Assembly: GCA_003344405.1 (NCBI GenBank) | Contig: NOWV01000148.1 | Coordinates: 124,001 to 188,000, forward strand | DNA from: Trichoplax sp. H2 | Taxonomy: Eukaryota | Reading direction: 5' to 3' | Length of the DNA: 64,000 bases | Translations under genes and position numbers: made by a program | Shown here: positions 52,434 through 64,000 of the stretch, one piece after another | Layout of the letters: every line of letters begins with the position of its first letter | Numbering within the stretch: the stretch's first letter is position 1 | Notes under the pieces: generated by a model | What the model saw: only the letters and a program-made list of their open reading frames with translations | What the model was told of the DNA's origin: nothing | Databases searched by the model: none

Positions 52434-54243
52434 TTACTTGGTTAAGTATTGACCATAATTTACCAATTATACTGTGATACTGATAGAAACGCAATAATAG
52501 CGCACAATATAATACGAGTACAGTCATCTTTATTAAATACTTCTGTCACTACTTGACATAAAATATAATATTTCTATCTTTAAAGGCGCTCATCGGTTAA
52601 GAATATCGAAAACTGCCACAATAGTCTATTATGCACTTATCCTATAAAAAGTATTACATGTTTTTATAATAACAGTGATAATTATCAGTGTTGAACAAAT
52701 TATTTATTCTATTTCTGGTTGATCTCATTGCCAACAGAAAGATAAGCAATTGAATTTTTATAAAAATAGAAAAATTAATTCCATAGCATACCATAAATTT
52801 TAATGCTTAGCCATTTAAATTATACATTAAAATTATCAATTTTAGACGAAGGTTAATCCAAGACTATCTATTCATAAATAATTCATAGCATGGTCAAATA
52901 AAATAATCTAACTTATGTTAAATTTTATATAACTGTAGCAAAACCCCGTTCTACTAACTGTAATTAAAGTGTAGCTCACAAAAGTAATTTTAGAATAGCG
53001 GATTTTATTACTGGTTCTCTATCTATTGAGATACTACGCATATTATAGTACAACAAGCTCTGACAGACAAGGAAAACTTCCTTTAACAGCAGATCTTAGA
53101 AAAGAAGGACTAAGATCGACAATGATAGAAAAGCGTAGCTGCTTAAATATATTATCTAACTTGCTTGCAATATGATAATTGCGAAAAACATAATTCAGCA
53201 GTGATAACGTGTCTTCTCAAAAATACAACACGAACTACAGTTTCTTGTAAACTTCACTTTATTAAATAAGATTAGAATCGTCTCATGACTACTAAGGACT
53301 ATCTAGCTTCAATAGGACTATCTCAGGACTATCTTTTACAGCGATAGCTCGCGGTTTATATATCCTTTGTTACAGAATAAATTATACATATTGCAATCAT
53401 ATCTTGCCAATTAAGTCGCAAAATAAGAGTTTATCATCGCGCGAGCTATTTCATTATTTACGTGCCTAACTAAAGCACCATATTCATAAAAACTATACTA
53501 ATCTTGTAGAACAGTCTTATCCCTGTGTGACCGTAAGTAGTATAGAACTACCATACAGTAGAACTCCAGGTGTAAAGGAGCAAAGCATAAGTAATCTATT
53601 AGTTTAGTGTAGTAGTTCGCAACATAAGTTTGTGATATTTACTCATAATATTTCCGAGCTTGACTTATACCCAGTAAACTTTCTGTAAACTCTGTATGTG
53701 TAATGCTATACGCTTTGTATGTACTTAACAATACGTAAGCCTTCGATCACGCAAAAAGTAATAGAATTCGTATCGCACAACTAATGTGCACGTTTTAGTC
53801 TTACTATAACGTAATCTCTAAGGGAATAAAGTCCATGGAAACAAGTTGCCTTACTTTTCTGAGTACAATAAATAGTGACTCAATGCGTCTAGGTAGTTGC
53901 AACTGAATGAATGTCTTTTGTCCGTTGGATTAGTAATTATCGTCAACCTATTGATTCTATCAGTAATTAAGTAGAATGATTGCCGTAAGATTTTTTATTT
54001 CTAGATTTAACGTGCGTGAGTAGAATCTTTAACGAGATAGTATTTGATATTTAGATGTGTCCCTTTCAGTTGGTCTCTTCATTTCATAGGACACATATAT
54101 TGGTTTACTTTTGACTTTTAGTTTAAAACTTAAAACTCATTCGCAGCGCTAATTTTAAAGGTTAAGTTACCATTCAGTAATACTAAACAAGCTCCAAAAA
54201 ATCTGCACTTTCTAAATTCAGCTGTAAAATTCATTCACTAATC

Positions 54244-57200
54244 ATGATGCTCTCACGAAAACGTGAAGACAATATATGCACCCAGATGGATGCAGTAGAA
54301 AAGAAAGGCAGCGATGATGGTAATTTATATCATAAGAAGTATTTTAAGCACTAGAGCAATGCTTGTATCATAATGCAGTTGTTAGAATTCAGTGAGCACA
54401 TGAAGAATGATGTTACGGTATTTGCTCTTACCTGAGCGAGACTGGATACCGTAATTTACTAAGAATAGTCACTAGTATAGTATTTTTAAAGTAGACAAAT
54501 AGCAATGATCTTTAAAATTCGTAGAATAGATTGTAGCTATTTACTTAATTGTCATTTCTTTTTTAAAACTTGCTAAAGAGCTCCTTCACAACAGTATAGA
54601 CCAATGTAAGGAATTTGTAGAATACGTATGATTTTTTTTATGATAATACGTGTTTTGCCATAGATTTAAAGTACATTTTGACATATAAATATTTTGAGCT
54701 GCAAAATAGTTCTATTTGAATGTTATTGCTAACTAACACTAAAATTGAATGTTATCCTCATTTCAGACCATCTTCAAAAGTTTACGATTGCTGACGTTAT
54801 CGAACACATTGGCTTTGGGCCTTTTCAAATACGGAGTCTTTTCGTTATAGGATTCATATGGGTATGTCATAAATGACGATCATAGATGCTATAAAAATAT
54901 GTAAATTTTAGTGAACCAACCAAACTATTAATTGCTGAGATAACGCACGATTATTTTAGACTTTTCTAGCCTTCTCTAAGTACAACTGCGCTATATTACC
55001 GAACTACATCACCTTTTATATGCTAAGTAGAGCGGCTGATAGTATTAGACTATCCAACTATCATTCTATAGTATTTCAAATTAAACTAGCAATCAAACTC
55101 ACACGATAAAATAAATTTTAGCCTAGACTCCCGAAAACTGCTAAATTAATAGTAAGTATAGTTTAGCTTTAAACTGTACATTTCTAGAGTATACACTTAG
55201 ACAAAATAAGAATCCCAGGTCAAATGTTTTGGGTTCATACTTTACGAAATTACTAAGTAACATTAATTTCTACATTAATTAATGATCAAAATCGGTACAC
55301 ATGAATTCTATTAACTAAATATATCGCTAGAATCACAAAATCATAATATCTAATTCTTAATAAAAATTATGCTACGGATTATTTTAAATTCTAATCTGGA
55401 TAAAGCAGTCGGGTTTACACAATACTAAGATACTAAGTAAAATCTTCTATTATAATTAACCAAATAAATCATATTTTTTAAAGCTAGAATACTCATCTTG
55501 ATATAAAAACTAAGCTAAAGTAACTACAATACAAGAACTTGAAGAAAAATTTTAAAAGTTAGCCCTCATTACAGATAGGTAGAATTTACTCTTTTCCATT
55601 ATTACTTTTATGTTGAGACATCTTATTTAATTGTAAACCCGAGTTATATCAAAGTAATCAAGATAAAACTGTTGTGACTTGAAGCTTTGTCAATGAGTAT
55701 TTGAGTACAATAAATAAAAATCTGTTGGGCGATTATAATTACTACATCCGCTTTATGAATGACATAGTTTTAGTTTGCTTAATAATTCGGACTTGAGAAA
55801 AAATTACCGAATAAATTTTGTTAGATTATGTTAATCCCCTATATTTTATATACAGCGTGTCATCAATAGCTTCTGCCATCAGCTTAATGTTAAATATTAT
55901 TATAAAATTTTACTGATCTAACATTAGCTTTGATAGCTGATTAACGGTGATAATAGAGGCTAATACTATTAATTGTGTATTTATGGATTCGTTAATAAAT
56001 TATTGTTTATTATTCAATAAGTTGTAATCTGCATGAACATTTTAAAGAAGTGATATAACAAAATTTACGTATCTTTTATTTAGTTAACTAGTATGATTCG
56101 ATTCTCAATGTTATCCATACTTGGGCCGCTGTTAGCCTGTGACTGGGGAATTACAAAGTCCGAGGAAGCCTTAATAAACGCTGTATGTAAAATTAGCTAA
56201 ATTTGACGGGATTAAGACATTATGGTTTAGAGACTTTAGCTATTTACAGTAGTAACATGGAGTAAGGTAAAGCTGGAAAGTCGAATAATTTGTTATATTT
56301 ACATTAGAGCATAATTGTGTGGTGACTATTATAATAAAAGGTTGTAATCATACCATTAAGAGGTTATAAAATTTATTCATAACATATTAACTTCCTTTAA
56401 AAATAGGAAATTAAAATTTATTAATAAGGTTAGTTTTTGTTGTCACTTTTTTGTATTTTTTACCTCATTAGTTGTCATTTGCCGGCGATATTTTGGGATC
56501 TATTTATTTTGGATGGTTTTGTGATCGTTATGGTCGAAAATTGGTACTACTAGAGCTCAGATATAGCAAATTTAATAGCTCGTATATTGCAGCGCTAAAT
56601 TCTCATAACATTATTACATTGTCAGTAGTGGTTGAAATTTTCAGCTACCTTTTTCTTCCCTACAATTAACATTGATAAAATAGAATTTAATGTTCTTTAA
56701 TAATCTAGGGCGTTATTTTCGGAATCTTAAGTACTAGCTATATGTCAATGATCTCAGGCTTATCATCTGGGATTGAAATGATGCTGTTATTGCGATTTGC
56801 GTGTGGATTCACAGAGGGTGCCACCATTCAGTGGTGATCTCATGTCTTCCTCAAATTAATGTTTTTTAATGTGCTGTAAATTCTGGGGTTGTGAAATTTG
56901 AAAGTACCGTATTACCTGATGATAATGCAGAACTTTATTGTATAAAAAAATCCAAGAAGTGAAATTTTTTAATAAGTAAAGACCTTCTATTAGCAAGAAA
57001 CGCGCAGTAGCTATTTCAGATAATTTAGTAGCTGTATTGAATTCGGTATTAAAATCAACTTATATTATTTCCCGATTTAGTGTGACAATGGTAATTGAAA
57101 TAGTTCCAGCCAAAGCTAGAGCTAAAACGATAGCTTCTTTACGAGTAAGTTATGGTAGCTTTAAGAATGATGAATTTAATAATGTTAGATATTGCACTGA

Positions 57201-59774
57201 CTTAGGAAATTGTTAACAGTTTGTTTTATTAATAGGCATTCAATTTCATCGGTATAGCAGTGGAAGGCATAATAGCTTATCTTTTCCTATGCAAGTTTGA
57301 CTGGCGTATGCTAATTTATGCTACAGCAGTTCTCTATTTAATATCCATGCCTTTAACCTCGGTAGTAATATAGAAACGTTACGGTCGTTAGCTGTCTAAT
57401 TATTAAAAGAAAGATAATGAAAGGCCACAAACATTTTTGTTTATGATACAAATTTATTACCAAAAATACTAATTTATGTATGCAGATCCTTGTAGAATCT
57501 CCACGCTATTTGCTATTACATGGATTCTATAAAGAAGCAAGTAATATCATGAAAAATGCCGCAAAGCTGAATAATAAACCCGCACCAGAAGGAAAGCTAG
57601 TTGCTTCAGTTAAAGTATGAATTGTAATAGCCAAACAGTATATTTGTATGCATAGTGAAAATAGATTTGGTGATAGGCTGTCTAATAACCTAATATTACC
57701 TGTCATCTCTATCTTAAAGATAGAAAAATAAATTATATCTTGATCACGTTTCTTTTAATTTTGAAGATTAAATCATGTTTCATAAAACCTTTTAACTTAG
57801 ATAAGTGGCGGAACTGTTAAGGATCTATTTAAGCCTGCTTATAGAAGAATAACATTAATAGTTTGGCTTATAACGTAAATGCAATATTATAAAATTTATA
57901 ATATACGTAGTAGAATGGCATATTTCCATGTTTATCAAGGCGTTAACTACTAAGCACGTTCCTCAGATTTACCATTACCACAATGTATTTTGGCACCATC
58001 TGGATGGTTCCTTTATTAGTAAATGTCGATCGATGCAGTGAGTAATTAAGCAATACGATCGAATATTCCATATAAAGATATACCGCACTATTTCCCTTTA
58101 GAGATGCTTTAGCTAGAAGAAACTATGCATTCGTCTATCTTTAGTACTGAAAATTAATTTTTACTGCAGATAATTTAGCCGACTTTTTAAGGCTGAATAG
58201 TCCGATTTAGAATACCAGTATCAATAAAATTACTATAAATGAACGTAAGTTTATTTGCTATACTGTAGGTCTAGCTAAAGGACCAGCGAGGTATGCTTGT
58301 CGATGCAAGGTAATAAAAACCGCTAATATCATCGGAATTATTACTGGAGGTCTTGGAGAGCCAATAGGTATATTTAATGTTAAAAATTGATTTTTTCCCT
58401 ATAATTTAGCGCATGAGTAAAAGTTTCATTTTATAATATTTTAATACGTACAGAGAGTATAAATTTTGCGCATTTCTAATATTTTTACCAAAAGTATTCT
58501 ATATAGAAGTCAAATAGATTGGATATTAATTATATAGTCAATAGAACGGAAAAATTTGAAGGGTGACTGAATATAATTTTCGTTAAACGTTTCCTTTCAA
58601 TTGAAAATTTTAGGAGCCTTGATAGCTTTTACTTTGATTGACAGGCTCGGAAGAAAGAGATCTTTAATCTTGGGATTTTTTGTAACGGGAATCTCTTTCG
58701 TTCTACTTATGCTATGTACCAGTAGGCATGTTAATGGATCTTATAGAATCCGTCAAATCATTGCTGTAACATACTCTACAATTGTTAAATTTTTCTTGCT
58801 TTACTATGATTAGGTTACGTCACTATCATCACAAACTCAAAGTCGCGTGATAATTTCAATTTAATATCCTTGGCTTTGTTCTGTTATAGAGGAATTAGAT
58901 ACGCTTTGATCTTGTTAATAAGATCCTGCAATTGCTATTTACTTGATATATCTTATATATATATTTCCGAAGTGAGTGATTTCGAGGAATTAATTTCAGT
59001 AATCATCACTTTTGTGATCACAGGAACTATTAACATTTACTTATTATGAACTTAGATCTATCCTAACAAATTCCGAGCAACAGGTCTAGGTACCGCTAGA
59101 GCATTCGCTGGGTTGGGTAATGTATTATCATCTTTTATTGGCCAAGTAAGTTAGATCAAATGGTACCAAATTCAGTGTTGAAGAATTTTTCTAACTAAAT
59201 AGGAGTATAGTTTTTTTAGCTAAATGTAAGTTTGCGGCCAATTACGGATATTGGCCGCAACAGTAATATGCTATATGAAATTTATGTAATCTGAAACATA
59301 AAATAAGATTTGTTCATCATACCAAATAAATTTTAAATGATGGAATCACTTCATATCTTAGGCACTATTTTTAGCATCTGATATTGCAGCTTTAGCCACT
59401 TTTACTGGATTATCACTAGTAGGGCTTATGTGCAGCTTAACGATTACCGTTGAAACAAAAGGACGCTTGCTAAAAGTCAGTTAAATTATAAGCGAGTATG
59501 GCAGAATTTTATGATTTTATTACTGCGTCAGTTAATAAATTCATAATTTTATGAATACTCAAACTATCGATATTTTATACTTTAAACTTCATGATGAAAC
59601 AAAGGAAACCGATTGATATTAAGAACAGAAATACTTTTAAGGTATATCTCCGAGTAGATCTTTGATACATAAGTGTTATGTTCGTACCAGACATTAGCAT
59701 ACTCATATTTTACTATTAATATAATAGTTTTGCACAACATTTAGGGCCTACTCACGAATAATCCAGATTTGTAG
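54244..59774 (+). CDS. SVOP-like major facilitator superfamily transporter; ~16 exons, terminal exon uncertain
   Basis: FTIADVIEHIGFGPFQ, LSILGPLLACDW, CDRYGRK, EIVPAKAR, DWR, ESPRYL, KDLFKPAYRRIT, IDRLGRKRSL, E|IYPNKFRATGLG and ETKGRLL, read across spliced exons. Confidence 0.9.
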
Positions 59775-60889
59775 CTGATTAATTTAAGAAACTAAATATG
59801 CCGTAAAATTAAATGCATTTACACGTCCGATATCATGAAGATAATTTTCGATGTAGCATAATGTTATTGATTTTGTTACTTTTATTATATATTTCAATTT
59901 CTGAATATTACCGGAACAGTAGTTTATATGTAAATAAGAGCCATCGTTGTTATTCTCCATTGAAACAATTTATAGTAAGACTTATTTAAATCTTCAAAAA
60001 TTTAGAAGTAGTTTATCTTGCCAACAGCGATTAGGTTGATCGACTTAACGAAATGCAGCGACTTGAAGAATCAACCCGAATTCAATTTTAGATTATTTCG
60101 CTAGATCAGCACTTATCCTATTTTCAATAAATTTCGATAATTAGTGCTTAATCGTTTTATTTTAGTATGCATGTACTATGTGAATTTAATGGAATAAAAT
60201 GTTGCAAATACAACATAATTTGTGTTATCTTACTATTGAAGATAGGTTGCATAGTAGATTATGTTTGCATCAACTCCTATAATGTGCTAGTACTGCATTC
60301 GCATCGACAAAATGTCCAATTCCATTTCTTGCTAGGTTTTAGCATCAATTTTTGACAAACCTGAGAATGTTGTTTCCCTTATATTTAACGTAATAATTTA
60401 AGGTTTATGATATTATAAATAACTGTTAAATAGAGTCATATATGAATAATTTGTTTATTTATGGATGACTGAATAATATTTCATTAATTTTAAATCTAGT
60501 AATCGTCTTAATTGAAGAATAGAAATGAATAAATCAGTGCAATGCACTTATTCTAAAATGCGTAGTATTTTAGATTTAGCATGTTACAACACGAATAAAT
60601 ATGAGACAGTAATAGCTAATTACCCAAGACTCATTACCGTAATACTTGTATAAATAAATTGAAGTAATTGAAATAGATTACCGAACTTGATAAACTTGTT
60701 TGCTACTATCGCAAATTGAAATTTAAAAATAGTATAGAAATTAATAATCTATCAATTTCCACTTTATAGTATGAACTTAATCATAATGAACCTGACCAAG
60801 AAACCTCATCAAAATTTTTTTTTCATATCTCAACAGATTAGTCAAATATACCTTAATATTACTGACAAGATCAAGTACTTGTTTTTTAA

Positions 60890-61495
60890 CGAATGCCTTT
60901 GGGCTATATATTACCGAAGTGTGTAATCAACTTGTTGACACTAATGATATAAAAGGTTTTTTAAAACTTTATAAATAATCATAACTTGTCTAATTCTAAT
61001 TTAGATCTACCGAACCAAATTTAGAGCAATTGCTCTTGCAGCTGCTTGATCTATTGGTGGTCTAGGCATGTTCTATCGTCATTTCTTGCTCAGGTCTAGT
61101 CTATGAAAATTGCTTTATTCTATTTTTTCTTTTTGAACGTGAAATGATCAGACAGGATTACTGTAAATCGATGTATACAATGCATGACGCCTTTGCGGTC
61201 GTTTTCAGGTAATTGCTTTCTTTTTAGGTACTATTTACTAATTCAGACATCACGGCGTTAGCTACTTTTATAGGATTCGGAGTTTTACCAATAGTTTGTA
61301 GCATGATGACGTATTGAGACCAAAGGAACCTTGCTCAAAGTAAGTCCTATGCAGAGTAGGAATTTTATTTAGAATTACGTTCAACTATCAACAAGATGAG
61401 CTACTTGTGATACTAATTCGTCCGTAATTTCTTTGAAGGATTTAAAGATACGGACTGAAAACGAAAATGGAGATACGAATTATACTGTCTTCTAG
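60890..61495 (+). pseudogene. Pseudogenised 3' fragment of an SVOP-like paralogue (exons 61005-61093, 61228-61339, 61439-61495)
   Basis: IYRTKFRAIALAAA* (TGA at 61047-61049) plus frameshifts. VLFTNSDITALATFIG...ETKGTLLK parallels the upstream gene, with the same intron positions. Confidence 0.8.
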
Positions 61496-64000
61496 GTAAT
61501 TACTAGTTTTCTGAGTTGCTAACTAGTACATTGAACAGTCCAAATTTGATCGACTGTTCAACATTCATGTCAATTATATTAGCTCAGTTCTATTTTTCAT
61601 GACAAACTGGAAAGGAATGCCTACGAGTTTTTGCTGCAGAGTACATAATAAATTAATCCATCTAGCCAGAGTGTCAGGTATTGTCATCCCTACTTCAACA
61701 AGTTTTTACTTTTAAGTCTTTAGACTATTGAGAGATATGCATTCGTGATGTTTCATTCAATGAGAGAATAATAAGGTAGATTTGCTCAATATGATATCTT
61801 TGTCAATCTTTACTAATAGTACAAACTGATCATCGGTTATCAAAATTGAAGAAATTAACTGCAATGAAGAGTATTAATTGTTAAATTACTTCATTAATAA
61901 TATATCTTATATATAGATACTGCTATGAAAACCACTGTTTGATTAAACATTTACTTTATTTGCAGAATAATTTACTTTGATTTATCAGTACCGTAAAGAA
62001 ACAAAAATATTCATTAATTATATAGGTAAAATACGAAATTTTACATAATGTTATTTGTCACTTATGGGTATGAAAATAATTTAAATAATCCAACCATTCA
62101 AGCATGGTTAAATAGCCAAAATGATCATTTTTATCCTGAATCTGTCCATACCTGAACCAACAGTAAATCCAGATTGTTATAAAATATAACAAATGCAGTG
62201 GTAATAAAGCAGATAATCTACTATGGTTGCCACGACATGATTCATTTTTAAAATTCCTACATTGTTATGAACGATTATTAAATGGATAATATTAATCAAT
62301 TAGTTTGATAACAATTACAGCCTTCATTTCATGTAATATCGTATTGTATGTGAATAAAAATTGGAACAGACGCAGGATAACCTGTGGAGCTGCTTTGGCA
62401 AAAATATCGAATTCTTAAAGATTATTGGCATGGCAGTCATTTACTAACCTAATTTGACGCCTTTCTGTGAACTAATGCTAGCCATAATTTAATTTTTGAT
62501 GGAATGCTACTAAGAAAGTTTATTAGATTGATTCGAAATCGTTCGTATCTAAAACCTTTAAAATCGAAATAAATGATAATAAACGTGAATTAATTATTGG
62601 ATGATTCAATAAACTATCATAACCTTTCTCCAGTAAACACTATATGTAATAACGGAGTTCGCAGGCAAATTTTATTTTGTTCTAAAATTAATTAATATTT
62701 GCTGATGCTACAGCTGTGGAAAAATTGTTGGTACATTCGAAGATAAACTAAGTACATTTGAACGTGTAATAAGATAGGGCAAGTGTAAACTATTCTCTAG
62801 TATTTAAGACTGTGGTGTCTAGTTGAGTTCTGTATAATACTATAATAAATTTCAATTAATAAAATCGAATCCTAATAAAGGACTGAAAATGGAGTCCTTT
62901 ATGGTCTCTAAGCAGTAGAATAGTGTTACTTTACGATAAAAACAGCATTGAAATTACTAGAATTGGTTATCTTACATAGTCAAGTCGATACTTCGCCATC
63001 ATTTCCTTTTCTTTTTTCGTAAGGTTTCTATACAGCAAACGATAGATACATTACTATAGAAAATTTTTTATATCGATTTTTGTCATAAAAATGATACGTC
63101 AGGGTTACTGTAAGTCTACTATTGGGACTGCATGCTAAATTGCATGCATTTTATCCTTTGCGTAGAAGACTAAAATTTAATTTTATATATTTTCTTCTTC
63201 TTATAGAATCTCTTGGCATCCTGATAATACCAATGTCATCCTATTGTAAAAAATAATTCATTTATTGAACTAGCCAGGCCACTTGGGATTTAAGAAACTT
63301 GCAATTAAGATGATTAATTCTCCAAGGTAGTATTCAATAAAGAATGTTGAATAAAACAACAATTAAATCTTCTATTGCTAATATTCCGTACTTTTAGAGC
63401 TTGATATAAAGATCATTAAATCAACTAAAACCGTTCACTTCATTAAATCTGATTTAAAAGAGTTTTTCTTTTAGGCTACGGAAGAGAGTTGGTAATAAAC
63501 TTATTCACAACGATCTATCTTGACGCAAACTTTTCTGGATTTAGTATAATCTAAGGCAGTTTTGAACATCGTTTGAAAACTTTTTCTTTTAACTCGATCG
63601 TCAAGCATTATGCCCTTCGCTAAAGATGAAGAGAAAATAGTGCTTCGGTGGCCAAAACAAAATAACGAAGGTAGCTTTATTAATAAGAATTATCGTTCTG
63701 TATTGCCAAATATTTGATTAGGACTGAGGCTGAGGTTGAAACAATTTAAAAAGCGATACTAGTATGATATATTTGACATATATGATGTCGCTAGAACAGA
63801 TTGAATTAGTAAATTCCTAATTTTGTTTTCTTCTCCTTTGATTTGATTATGTTAACTAAGAAGGATGTTCTACAGCATTTTAGCAAAACTTTATAGAAAG
63901 TCAACTTATACAGATTGACATATTAACACTGTTTAATTATAATACAAGCCAACTCATTTAGTTAATAAAATCATGTTTATAACGTATTCGTGCCGATATT

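Noticed and set aside
62060-62420. Possible GPCR TM6-TM7 remnant on the minus strand (SWQP..., ILAI*PCLNGWI)
   Set aside because: It is too short and degenerate to support without a search.

Overview
This is AT-rich, intron-containing animal genomic DNA. The gene set and compact gene structure suggest an early-branching metazoan such as a placozoan, but that is inference. Eight spliced or single-exon genes can be read: a Harbinger-transposase-derived gene with a degenerate DDE triad (-), TSR3 (+), ANKRD54-like (-), a YwrD-type gamma-glutamyltranspeptidase (+), a RADIL/afadin-family gene (-), AIMP2 (-), an RXFP/LGR-like 7TM receptor (-) and an SVOP-like MFS transporter (+). Several pseudogene remnants are also present. 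There are three degenerate tandem arrays. Two of them appear to be amplified from their host gene's own exon1/intron1 junction and flank a shared head-to-head promoter. Helitron-type 3' ends lie in a GGT intron. A 418-bp solo LTR with a 5-bp TSD is present in one of two near-identical, probably allelic, copies of sequence separated by a 20-N gap. No rRNA, tRNA or CRISPR array was recognised. All exon coordinates were read by eye.
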